This document shows positions 13,701 to 27,503 of a DNA stretch of 64,000 bases, piece by piece. Under the pieces are notes generated by a model. The model did no database searches and was not told where the DNA came from. It saw nothing but the letters and a program-made list of their open reading frames with translations. Positions within the stretch are counted from its first letter, which is position 1. Every line of letters begins with the position of its first letter. Source of the stretch: Octopus vulgaris (lineage: Eukaryota); NCBI GenBank assembly GCA_951406725.2, contig OX597838.1:28148001-28212000 (forward strand). Direction: 5' to 3'. Made by a program: the position numbers and the translations under genes.

Positions 13701-16700
13701 GTACCTTCCTTCATTGGACACTAAACTCTGCTTGCGAAGACCTGTTGAGGCAAGTGAAATTGAAATCAAATGCAATGTTTGGGGAGGGAGGAATAAACAC
13801 ACACACACACACAAGGGGCTACTTTCAGTTTCTGTCTACAAAATCCACTCACAAGGCTTCTGTCAGCCCAAGGCTATAGTAGAAGTTGTCATGCAGTGGG
13901 ACTGAACCCTGAACAATATGGCTGGGAAGCAAGCTTCTTACCACACAGCCATGCCTTCACCTATTAATAATGATTTTATTTATTTACTTATTTGTTTGTT
14001 ATGAATCCATCAATGATTCGTTAAATAACCTGATATTCTTCTTTGTTTTACAGTCTGAGCCTAACTTGTTGCTCTCCATGGAAAGTGACCTTACATCTGA
14101 TTTAACTGCTCAAGTACCTCCCTTAAACCAGCAAGGAGGAGTGCCCTCATCAGATCCGTTAAAAGAGAAAGACTGTTCTTTAGGGATCTCTTCGCTAAAA
14201 TCCACACACACCATGTCCCCTGCTCCACAGACTAATCTTTATTCAGTTGCTCCTGTACAGTTACAGTCCCAGCCCCAGGCACCACAGCAACAGTCTCTGT
14301 CCACCCTAAACTTGCTACAAAGCTCCCCGTTTTGTTCTCCACATACTGTGAGTCATGTTGGGGGCGATGGTCAAGCACCCCTATTAACTGACAGTTCTGT
14401 TTCTCTCCAGCAATCAGACCCTCAGGTGCCAGACCAAATGTTTAACAAAATGCTCCAACAATACACAAATGTACTGCCTAAAGTCGATGCCCCTCAAGCG
14501 GTCAACCCCATTGTGCATCAGCCCTTAAATCAATTTCTCGGTACTGGAACTACGGTGGTGGCCCCCAGTTACAAAGGAACTGCTGCTGTAAATAAAGACT
14601 CTGCAGAGGTGAACACCATTCTTTCAGCATTGATCAACGATGCAGTAAACTCCTCGCAACCGAACCTGGCCCCAAACCCCGCAGCGGCTTGTACTCCTGC
14701 CCCACTCTCCATTCCCCTTCATCAGAAAGACAGTATGGGAGCAACTTCGATCGTAGACACACCGGCAGTACTGGACATGCATCCGGCAGCGGCTGGCAAC
14801 GTGTCTCGAGTATGTCAACCTGGTGAACAGATCTGTCCCCGAAAGATAGGAGCAAGCAATTTTGCTCTCGTGAGCAGTGGTGCTACCAGCAGCAACAACC
14901 CCGACAGCCTCTCTATGGGTCTGCCAAGGCTCGACCTTGCCATCCACCATTCGCCGTCATCCACAGATATCTCAGCACAAGTGTCTCCTGTTGTGTCATC
15001 GTCAGCAGCAACAGATCTTCACCACAAAAGTTCCGCAATCGGCAGGAGGCACTCTTACAACAGTCCCTCCCCACTACTCTCTACCACTAATATCAGCAGC
15101 AGCAGCAACACCAGTAGTATTACTGGTAGTGGTAACTATCACAACAAGAAAAATAACAAAAGTAACAGCAGTGGCAGCCTCAGCAGCTGCAACAGCAGTG
15201 CATCATTTAATCGGAGTCAAGGCTTTGCAGTACCCTCTGTAAGTAATAACAATAATTTCATTCATTGGCCCCGAGGGCCGACATATAGTGAACAATATAG
15301 TAGGGGATTTTACACGAAATGAGTACACAATTAAAACAATAACAGTAATATCAAACAAGAATCATCCGTGCCGGTGGCACGTTAAAAGCACCAACCGATC
15401 GTGGCCGCTGCCAGACTCCCCTGGCACGTAAAAAGCACCCACTACACTCGCGGAGTGGTTGGCGTTAGGAAGGGCATCCAGCTGTAGAAATACTGCCATA
15501 TCAGACTGGAGCCTGGTGCAGCCCCTGGCTTCCCCCAGACCCCGGTCGAACCGTCCAACCCGTGCTAGCGCGGAAAACGGACGTTAAACGATGATGATGA
15601 TATAAATATAAATAAAATGATTTTTTTGATGAAGGACATAACAATAAAAGTTCTGGGGTTGGCTCAGATACTGCACCAATCCTGAACCACTCAATTCTTT
15701 GAGGGCACCCGGGAAGGACCCTTTCCTCCCTCTCGAATTCACTAGTCACATATTAGAGTAGGTCCACTCACGCTGACCATTTTCGCTAGTCACCCACCTT
15801 TTAGAAAATGTACTGGGGGGGGGGGGCAGTGCAATGAGGGATTGGCCAAAGGGGAAAGTGTCTGTCTTGAGTCCTTTCAACCTGGTCCGCCATACAACCT
15901 CTTTCGCTATGATAATAATACAGGAAATATTGTTAGGGCATTCTCACACAACCTTGGATCATTTTACTTGTTTTCCTAGCTATACACAATCCCTACTCTT
16001 GTTTTAAGATAACTCAAGACTCTTTTTTTCGCTTGTTCTGTTTATGTTGTAAGTACAGGAGAAGAACAATTGATGAATTGACTGAAATCAGATGACTGCT
16101 CTGTGTCTGATGGTGTGCAGAGCTAAACTGAAACTATAGATTGCAAAAGGAGATGACGAAGGGTAACATTGGAATAATTAATTAATTAATTAAGATAATT
16201 TACTCTTTACTCTCTTTTACACTTTTACTTGTTTCAGTCATTTGGCTGTGGCCATGCTGGAGCACTGCCTTTAGTCAAGCAAGTCGACCCCAGGACTTAT
16301 TCTTTGTAAGCCTAGTACTTATTCTATCGGGCTCTTTTGCCGAACCACTAAGTTACAGGGATATAAACACACCAGCATCGGTTGTCAAGCGATGTTGGAA
16401 GCGGGGGACAAACAGACACACAAACATATACACACATATACATATATATATACATATATACGATGGGCTTCTTTCAGTTTCCGTCTACCAAATCCACTCA
16501 CAAGGCTTTGGTCGGCCCGAAGCTATGGTAGAAAACACTTGCCCAAGGTGCCACGCAGTGGGACTGAACCTAGAACCATGTGGTTTGTAATCAAGCTACT
16601 TACCACACAGCCACTCCTTTTTCATACCTTTTTATTTTGTTTTTGTTTTGTTTTTTAGATGTTTCTTTTTTGTTTTTGTTTTGTTTCTTTTTTTCAATCT

Positions 16701-19700
16701 TTGTTTCCTTTGCTAATTTTCTTTAGAGCCCACAAGTAGCCAAGAGTAAACACCGGCCAACACCCCAATCCACATCTACAGCAGTAGCAACTGTATCCGA
16801 GATGCCTTCACCATCATATACAGCCAACCATACATTTTTAGCACAGTTACTCACAACAGGTAAAGCTGTTTGCTCTCGTTGTTGTTTCATTTTATTATTG
16901 TAATTATTATAATTATTATTATTATTATTGAGTGAGAGAGCAGTGCATGCCATCAAAGTGATGCTAGGGTACAAATATACAAAGCCCAGTGTATGACTGA
17001 TAAGGGTACACCAGGCACATGCATCAGGACCACATGAATGCAACATGGTGATCCCATATCAAGATGAACAGCACATGACCTTGCAGGTGGGGCCCAGTTA
17101 GAATTTTCTTCAGGTCGAGTAGCTCATTTCGCTCAAATGGTTACTGAATGAGTTTTGTTGGTGTGAGGGAGGAGTTATTTTTTTATTTGCTATTCTACGC
17201 TTTGTTTACAAGGGTCAACTGAAAAGTTCCTAGGCTGACCAAGACACTCTCATGGTATGTGACCAAATGAGGTTTATTTTCATTGCCAGCTCAAAAATAA
17301 CAAAGCCATTTTGCTAATTTTTTCATTTTCTGTATTAATTGAAAAGGTAGTGTATCTCTGCAGAAATGGAGTACTCAAAGGGTTAACTGTTTAGATACCA
17401 ACCGAACTGAGACCATCCCTGGGTCTGTGATACAGACTTCCCATTTTAAAGTGGTTAAAATTAAAACCTTCCATAAAAATTCCAGGTTAATTTATGTTAC
17501 AAACACCATTTGTTATTTTCAAAATTAGTTGAAACAAAGGTAGTGTCATACCTATTTCTTTATTACCCACAAGGGGCTAAACACAGAGAGGACAAACAAG
17601 GATAGACAAAGGGATTAAGTCGATTACATCGACCCCAGTGCGTAACTAGTACTTAATTTATCGACCCTGAAAGGATGAAAGGCAAAGTCGACCTCGGCGG
17701 AATTTGAACTCAGAACATAACGGCAGATGAAATACTTATTTCTTTACTACCCACAAGGGGCTAAACACAGAGAGGACAAACAAGGACAGACAAACGGAAT
17801 AAGTCGATTATATCGACCCCAGTGCATTACTGGTACTCAATTTATCGACCCCAAAAGGATGAAAGGCAAAGTCGACCTCGGCGGAATTTGAACTCAGAAC
17901 ATAACGGCAGATGAAATACTGCTATGCATTTCGCTCGGTGTGCTAACGTTTCTGCCAGCTCGCTGCCTTTAGTGTCATACCATGGAGATGTGGAGGCGCA
18001 ATGGCCCAGTGGTTAGGGCAGCGGACTCGCGGTCGGAGGATCGCAGTTTCGATTCCCAGACCGGGCATTGTGAGTGTTTATTGAACGAAAACACCTAAAG
18101 CTCCACGAGGCTCCGGCAGGGGATGGTGGTGAAACCTGCTGTACTCTTTCACCACAACTTTCTCTCACTCTTTCTTCCTGTTTCTCTTGTACCTGTATTT
18201 CAAAGGGCCAGCCTTGTCACAATCTGTGTCACGCTGAATCTCCTCGAGAACTACGTTAAGGGTACACGTGTCTGTGGAGTGCTCAGCCACTTGCACGTTA
18301 ATATCACGAGCAAGCTGTTCCGTTGATCGTATCAGCTGGGACCCTCATCGTTGCAACCGACGGAATGCTCCTACCATGGAGATATGTTATCAAAATAGTT
18401 ATGTAGTTGAGTCTGAACTTGTATAGCTTCCTACTTGGCCACCTGCTTTCCATTCCTGGAATCATTTGTATTAACTCACCTTCTGCTGTTATGATGTTTA
18501 AAAAACGTTTTTTTTTATTTCGGTTCAGGCACATATCCAACCCCAAGCATCGATGTGAAACAAGAGCCACATGCAAAACCCTCTGTTAACACAACGGCCA
18601 CTTCAACCTCAATCACCTCCTCTACAACTAACTATGCTCCCATCAGGCCAGCACGAGAGCCAATCTCTTCAGCTGGTCATACACCTATCTCAGTTGCTTC
18701 TGCCATACCAACCAGTATTCCTAACACCCTTACCAATGTAAGTAACCATTAGCATAATTACTAAATCTGAAGTTAATTATTACAAGATGAGGTTTAATAG
18801 TTCTCATCATTGCTTGTCCATAGTATTCGTTATGGGACATATTATGTATTTTGCTACTTGAGCTGTGTGGTTTATATACTGTGTTGTCTGTGTGTTTATG
18901 ATGCATATGTTGTTGTTGTTTAGCCTCTGGTCAGCTCTGGTGTGACCTTTTCAGACACCAGTGTGTTTCTATTTCTTGCAGGACATTAGTTTTCTGTGTT
19001 TCACAGTTGTACACATTATCATCCTTTAACGTCTGTTCCTCACGTTGGCATGGGTTGGACAGTTTGACCAGAGCTGGCAAGCAGAAGAGCTGCACCAGCT
19101 TCCAGTCTGATTTGGCATGGTTTCTATAGCTGGAAGCCCTTCCTAATGCCAACCACTTTACAATGTGGCCTGGGTGCTTTTAATGTGGCACTGGCATGAG
19201 CACTTTTACATAGTGCCAGCACAAATGCTTTTTACACGGCACCAGCATAGGACATACATTATTATTATGTATCGTAACATCTAAACACACGCTCGCTCTG
19301 TAAAGTGGTTGGCATTAGGAAGGGTTGTAGAGACCATGGCAAAACAAACAATTGGAGCCTGGTGTGGTTCCCAGCCCTGGCAGCTCCTGTCGAGCCATCC
19401 AACTGATGCCAGTATGGAGAATGGATGTTAGACGACGATGATCATGATGACATAGTGTTGATGTCATAGGAATTTATAAACTTGTAAAAGGATGTGAAGT
19501 AATTCTTTTTTGGAAACAATGGATCTTGAAGCATATGCAAAGATTTGGAGGTTAAAAACCATTCTGGATAAAAAAGAAAAAAAAAAAAAGAATGAAGGCT
19601 ATCTGACTTTGTCTTTCCAAAAGTGTTTTCCAACCAAATATTTACAGTTTTATATATGCTTCGAGATTCATTGTTATACATACACACGTGGGTGAGTGTG

Positions 19701-22700
19701 TGTTATAAATGTGTATATATATATATATATATTCATATATTCATTTGATACTTGGAGTATTGTTAGATACATTTCAACTGTTAGTTTCCCCAGTTGTAGT
19801 TCTTCAAGCATTGATTTTAATCCACCTGCATATTTGTCCTAGCAATCACACACAACAGGTGAATTCGAATGATTACCTGAAGAACTGGAAATGATGAAAC
19901 TAATAGTTGTAATGTAGCTATCAAATAAAGATATTATTTGACTCTACATTCTTGTATTATTGACTTTTTGTTTGCTCAAACTAATTTTACATATATTATA
20001 TATATCAATATAAACTTAGGTAGTAGAGATACAAACTTGACAAATTTAACTATTTCTCTGTTAATTGTAAAAATGATGAACAGCCATAATCAATTTTCGG
20101 ACCTTATTGGGGTCTCATCAGGTGTTTGTATCATTTTGATCTATCCCAGATTGTTTATATACTCAGCAAATCCAGTAGCCAAAGAGAGACGGTGCTACTA
20201 ATTTGCATACCGTTACATGCACACACACACACACGCAAGCTATATATTTATCTATTTTCCACTTTATTCATTCTTCATCTATTTTCCTCAGGTACCTTCA
20301 GGGAATAAAGCAACCAGTTCAGTACCCAGTTTCTCCAATAGTGTCTTAGTACCCGCAAGAAATCAGCCCTTTCATCAGGACACCAGTGCCTTGACTACTA
20401 CGAAGCAGGGTCAGTTTAGCTGAATGTTTATAATTACTCTGTCTTTATCTCTTAATGTCCCTTCTTTCCGTGTGTGTATGTCTGATTATATATGTGTTAT
20501 ATATATATATGTATATATATATTGTAATCAGTGAAGGTGCATGGCTCAGTGGTTAGAGCGTCGAGCTTACAATCATGAGGATGTGAGTTCGATTCTCGGA
20601 CTGAGCTGCATGTTGTGTTCTTGAGCAAAACACTTCATTCCACATTGCTCCAGTTCACTCAGCTGTAGAAATGAGTTGCGACATCACTGGTGCCAAGCTG
20701 TATCGTCCTTTGCTTTTCCCTTGGATAACATCAGTGGTGTGGAGAGGGGAGGCTGGTATGCATGGGTGACTGCTGGTCTTCTATAAACAACCTTGCCCGG
20801 ACTTGTGCCTTGGAGAGTAACTTTCTAGGTGCAATCCCATGGTCAGTCATGACCGAAGGTTGTCTCCCATAGTAATCAGACAAAAAAATGAAGATAATGT
20901 TGTTGCAATTGTTTCGGATGGTTGAAGAAACTGTTTCTTCTCTATGCCTTAGTTTGTAACCACTACACCATATGCCCACAGGCATATGGCGTAGTAGTTA
21001 AGGCATGTGGTGTAGTGATGAAGGCTGGAAGGTATATCAGCTGAACAGATGAGGACAAATATCCATCAAATGTAAATAATGTACCATAGCCATGTGTTCA
21101 GAAGGATTCTTTGGGGTTTGTATTTAGTCAGGTTCTGCTGAAACATCATTCATTGGTTAAAGCTGTTTTTTTTTTTGTTTCAATTTTTTTTTATTTTTAT
21201 AATTACAGGCAACCAAGGCTTGCAAAGTGAAATTAGTCCTAAAGCAGACAGTCCAATCCTGTGCTTAGGGAGTCCGTTGTCACAAGACATGGATGTATCG
21301 TCTTTTGTAAGTTGTTACTGTTGAATATTCTTTCCATCTCTTCAGTTATTGAGACACCTGAATTGTTGTTACAGGAGATTAACAGTTTCACAATGTACTA
21401 TTTGTATTGTGTGTGTGTGTGTGTGTGTCTGTGACTGTGTGTCTGTAGAATTTTTTGTGAGCATGTACAATTCCAATTTTTTGTAAGGAGAGGTATAAGT
21501 GGTATTTTCGTTTTGTCCATAAAAATGAAAACATAAGTGTGTGTGGATCATGGGCAAAATTTTGGCTGCAGTTTGCCCATGAATGGCACATTGGTCTGTG
21601 TATGTATGGTTCCATTTGTTTGTCCTCCACCGTTGCTTAACTACTGGTGTTGGTTTGTTTACATCCTCATAACTTAACAATTCAGCAAAAGAGACCAAAA
21701 GAATAGAATAAATACTAGATTTAAAAGCAGTCACCATGGTCGATTTGTTCATTCAATCCCTTCAAGGTGGTGTGTCATATGGCTGCTGTCCAATGACCTG
21801 AAACCAGTAAAAAGTTGTTAGATAAAAAAAAGACTACTGAGATGCAGATTACTTTCTGATATTTGTCAATTTGTATAGAATTCACATCAGTAACTGATTC
21901 CTTGATATCTTTTGTTTTCTCCTCTCCTTCAAAGTCCACCCAAACAAATGCGTCAAGCTTGAAGCCAAAACAGAGCCGGGTGCATCCCAATGAACACAGA
22001 CGAGTCTCACACATATCTGCTGAACAGAAACGACGGTGTAATATAAAGGTACGATGTCTACTGTTGTTCTTCCTCCCACTTGCTTCAAGGTTACTTCACT
22101 GGTTTCAAGTTCAAATCCTGTGAAAGCATTTTGTTAGATGCTGCATAAAAGACGCTCAGGCATATTAGATACACTCCAGTTCCTGCAGCACATAAGAAAA
22201 AAAAATGCTTTTTATGCATCAGAGCATGAAATATTTAAAGTGGTCCAGCACTATTTTACAAAAACATTACAAAAATACTTTGTTTATTATGGATTTGAAC
22301 GCAGCTTGGATAATGTACAGAGTCAATGACCATTGAAAAGGTTGCAAGACACAATGAAAATTTTAAGAAAAATAAATAAGTAAATGAGTGGAAACTTTAC
22401 CAGTGAGTGTGTTAAATAATAAGGTACTAAAAGATAATGACTCTCGCCAGAGGCAACAAAATTACAAAAATGCTTTTGCCTTTAGCAAGAAGTATTATTG
22501 TATGTAAAAAGTTAGCAGTGCAGCTTGGTAGAAGAGATCATTTAGAATAAAATTAACCTCTAGTAGGGAGTGTCAGGGACAAATTTAGTTTATGGGAGGC
22601 CCAAATTCAGACATAGGACCAGGGGTGGGGTTGTTTTGAGACACTGTTTTAAAGAAAAAAGTGCGTCTTATACAGGGGTTGGACAAAATAATGGAAACTC

Positions 22701-25700
22701 TTTAAAATTTCAAACAAATTTATTTTAATATGGGTTAGGACCACCTTCCCTTTGGCAGTAATTATAGTTCGAATTCTATAAGGTATGGATTCATACAATG
22801 TTTGAATTGTTTCCAAAGGAATTTTTGTCCATTCTTCGGCAAAAGCAGTCTCCAGTTCTTGTAGTGAAGATGGTGGAGGATATCGACTCCTTACTTATTT
22901 TTCTAAAATGCACCATAAATGTTCAATAATACTGAGATCTGGGGACTGTGGTGGCCAGATAAGATGTTCAACTTCACTAGAATGTTCCTCATGCCTTTCA
23001 GTAACAACTTTAGCTGTGTGAATTGGTGCATTATCATCCTGAAAAACTGCGTTTCCCTTCAGAAACAGTTCCACAACCATAGAATGGATTTGATCAGATA
23101 AAATGCTTAAATAGTTTTGACTAATAATTCTGCCACGAAGGGAAACCATTGGGCAAGTGGATTTCCAAGATATAGTCCCCCAAATCATCACAGATCCTCC
23201 TCCATGTTTAAAAGTTGAAAGAAGGCAGTCTGGGTTAAATACTTCTTTTGGCTGTCTACACGTATACTCAGCCAGTGGTCGGAAATAAGGTAAAGAATGA
23301 CTCGTCCGAGAAAATAACATTCTTCCACTGCTCTAGGGATCAATTCTGTAGGTTTTTACTCCAGTCCTAAACACTTTGTTTTTGAAAGTAGTGGTTTTCT
23401 GATTGCCGCCCTCCCATGAAATCTGGCTTTGTGCAGCTCCTGGCAAACAGTTTTTGTGGAAACTGGGTTCTTGAGGTGGTCATTAAACTCTGCAGTAATT
23501 TTGGGAGCTGTACTTTTGTGATCCTTTCTAACCATTCGTGTAAGAGTCCGACGATCCCTATCTGAAGGTTTTGGTTTTCAAAAGGCTAACAACAATAAAC
23601 ATGAATCCGAGGGAAGTAACAGGATTTGTAATTATAACTTTTTGTTACTGGTTTTATTCTACCATCAATAACAGTTACCAGTAAATTACTATAGCTGATC
23701 TAGTAAGCTAGATCTACCCCCATCACCTAATATTTATGATTTTGTACATGTATTTTCTTTTTGTTGTTGACTAGAACTTGCACTTGCCTCATGTACATGT
23801 CTTTCAAATCTGGTATTAGTCCCCAGTTCTGTTCCTCACAGGAATACTACAGCTCATAGGGTTTTATACTTTCATCTACCCTTAAAAGCTCAAGTAGTGT
23901 TAAGTGGACACTTTTAGGAGATTTCGGCCTCTACCTCCACCTGTTTATATCATCGCCACACCCTTATGAAAGCATCCACTCCCTCATCCCTTCTCATAAT
24001 CCACTGTCCATGTCTTATAATCACCTTCTTGTTTCTTGAGAGTTTGATCACTAACTTCCTCTTATCTTCTTAATCCAGATATCTCCTCTATACTAAGATA
24101 CCTGTGTTTATCCCTCTATCATATTTTAGTCTTTCAACACCTGGTATAAAATCACCCACCTCCATCTTCCCCCTCTCTAACACTTCTTAGGAGTGGGAGC
24201 TTTTTTCTTTTCCTTTTCCCTCTGTTCTTTTCTGTCTTTGAAGTTACATGGTAACCTTATTAGAGCACTTAAAAAAGCACCCAGTACACTCTGTAAAGTG
24301 GTTAGCATTAGGGAGGGCATCCAGTTATAGAAACAGTACCAAAGAGGACATTGAGTCTCCACACAACCCTGCAGCTTGCTGGTTCCCTGTCAGACCACCC
24401 ACCCAACCCATCCCAGCATGGAAAGTAGACGTTTGTTTCTTGCTTGCTTGAAGAAGCCTGGCAGACATCGTTATCAATAGATTAAATGTACCTCAGCATT
24501 CAACTGGTATTGTATTTTGTCGACCTTGGAAAGACAAGCTACCGAAAACCCTGTTGTAATTACAAATCATACTTGTTGAGAACAAAGAATGTGAAGTTGA
24601 ATGCCAAGAAGAAAATATAATGTAAGTCTAGTCCCAAGATGTCTCATTCTGTTTTTGTTTTTTTTTTACCTGGTCAGCCAAATTTTCAGATGAGTGAAAA
24701 GCCAATCTATTCTATAAATGTTCCACCAACATAGCAAAGGAACTTGCTAGTTAAGAGTACAATACAATAGTTGTGACCAAGATTTGAACCTGAAACCTGT
24801 GCTTTACGTCATTGCCGTTATATATATATATATATATCTAGCATTAATCTATATATTTATTTTATCGATCTGTTTGTAATTGTTATTGTTCTCATTGCAT
24901 TGTTGTAGTTTATTATTGATCATTGTCATTATCATCATTCTGAAGATGAACCATAGACCTTCATTATCATTTGCTTTCATCGTTCAACAGAGTGGCTTTG
25001 ACGTGCTTCACAGCTTGATTCCTTCACTGAAGCAGACCCCTACCGGCAAAGTTAGTAAAGCTACACTGTTACAGAAAGGTAAGGAAGGTTCTGATGCTAT
25101 AATTTACCGTAGCTACACCTTGCTTTATTAACTTCTTCTTTACGCAGCAGCATCAATACCAAACCCGTTTGCTTCTCTGCCATGACTTGAGATGAGGACC
25201 ACCCCAAAGCATTCCGTGTGGTTTTTCTCTCTTTGTCTATGACAGTGCTTTTCAGACTTTTTGCTGGAGCGGAACCCCAAGGAAACATTCCACTGGCTCG
25301 AGGAACCCCTGTGCAATAATTTAATAGTCTTATGCACACATATCTGCACAGGAGAATTAAAAATTACTGCCGATTTTAGCAGTTTTGTAACTTCTTGCGG
25401 AACCCCTGGACTGTACTGGCAGAACCCTAAGGTTCCGTGGAACCCTGGTTGAAAACCACTGGTCTATGACATAAGTGGCTTTTAGCAACTCAATTGATTC
25501 AGCTTATTTTGATATTCATCGGAATCAATAAATATCAGCTTCTCTCTTGATATTCATTGGGAAGACTTGACATTTTTTGTTTTTCTTTTGGTCAATGGTT
25601 TAGTCTAGCATTTCCTGGCTTTATCATTCTTGGGGAGCTCTAGAAATATATTCTATGTCTCAAAGAACCCTTACATGCACATTTAATATATAAATATATG

Positions 25701-27465
25701 TCTGGCCCATACAAACAGGGAAAAGTAGACATTTCATTTTTTTCATAAAGTTAAACTTCTAAGAATTGACATAATAAGACTATCTTTTAAATGGTTTGGC
25801 AGTAATAAAAAGAATCTAAGACATGGAACAAACAAAAAAAATCAAATGACATGGAACAAACAATATCTCTTCTCAATGACTTCTACGAATGTCTTCACAA
25901 AGCACCTGCACACACCTAACTGTCCTTCACTCACAGTGCACATGTGATTTTATACAGTTTAGGACAGTTGACTTGCTATCCTACTGGGGTGTCAGGATTT
26001 CACCACAACAGTATTAAAGCCATTATGTAGTTATTTAGACAAACCTACCTGACTTTCGTCTCTTACCTTGTACTTCACCATGAGTACTGCATCACCCAAT
26101 TATTAAATCACACATTTAAATTGTCTAAAGGGTTCACACCAGCACCCTTAGTACCTTTAAAATGGGCACGTCCTTAGCATGACAGATTACACTGTAACAT
26201 GATTTCTGTCCTTGGATAGCAACTGTTATTTCCTATTTGCTTTATCCTAGAAAATATGAAAACTGGCCAATAATTCCTTAAAATTTTGCTTTTGTTACGT
26301 TTATTCAAATCCCAAAGAATCCCCTTCAACACATGACTATGATGCTCATCATCAGAGATGCACATATTGTCAGTCGCTGAGGGACATGCTCAAGTGGTCA
26401 TAGTCAAACAATGGTCAAGCAAATCTCTTGTATTGAGCCGAATATTTGCTGTAACAATATTTCTTCTTCAGCAACTCAGTGCTGAATCTGTCTGAAATCT
26501 AATGGTCAGTTTCCGTCTAATTGGTCAGTTTCAAAACATTGATGTCTGGGTTGGAAAAAGCAAATAAAACTGGATCTCTTCCTGTCAGGTGTCCCAGATG
26601 AACCAACTTCACGGCCGGAGGTGCAGATGAGAGCAGCTGCATCGAACTCTCTCATGCACCGAATGGCAATTGCTAAAAAGCATTCGTGAAGTAAAAAATC
26701 ATGCAGCAACACCGAATGGCGGTGCCCCAGCATGGCCACAGCTTGTGAGCTGAAACTAGATAAAATAAAAAATAAAATATAAATAAAACAGTCGTGATTT
26801 CCTTTGAATTCTAGATCGAAGCAAATAGGAAATAGCACTTACTGGCCAAAGACAAAAAAAAATTAAAATTTTGTTACCGAGTGTTATCATCATCATCATC
26901 ATCATTTAAGACCCATTTTCCATGCTGGCATCGGTTAGATGTTTTGACGAGATCCAATGGGTTCAGGAACAGTATCATGTTCCATTATCTGCTTTGGCTT
27001 GGTTGCTGCAGCTGGATGCCCATCCTAACACCCACCACTTTACAGCATGAACTGGGTGCTTCTTATTCATTCATTCTTTTGTGACATCAGCAATGATAGC
27101 ATTGCCATGCTGCTTGCAAGTTTCATACCTGAACATATTGGTCCAGCTGTTGTTGTTGAACTCCAACCATCACCCTGTACATTCTGTACATTTTATACCT
27201 ATATGGAGTGAATGTTGAACCTGTAAGTAAACTGTCAGTATTCCTGGGGCCGTTTTGATACCAACCCACAAGTACCTCTAGTTTAAATTATTCATGTTGA
27301 GTGGCTGTGTGGTAAGTAGCTTGCTAACCAACCACATGGTTCCGAGTTCAGTCCCACTGCATGGCATCTTGGGCAAGTGTCTTCTGCTATAGCCCCGGGC
27401 CGACCAATGCCTTGTGAGTGGATTTGGTAGACGGAAACTGAAAGAAGCCTGTCGTATATATGTAA

Positions 27466-27503
<38 letters not shown>

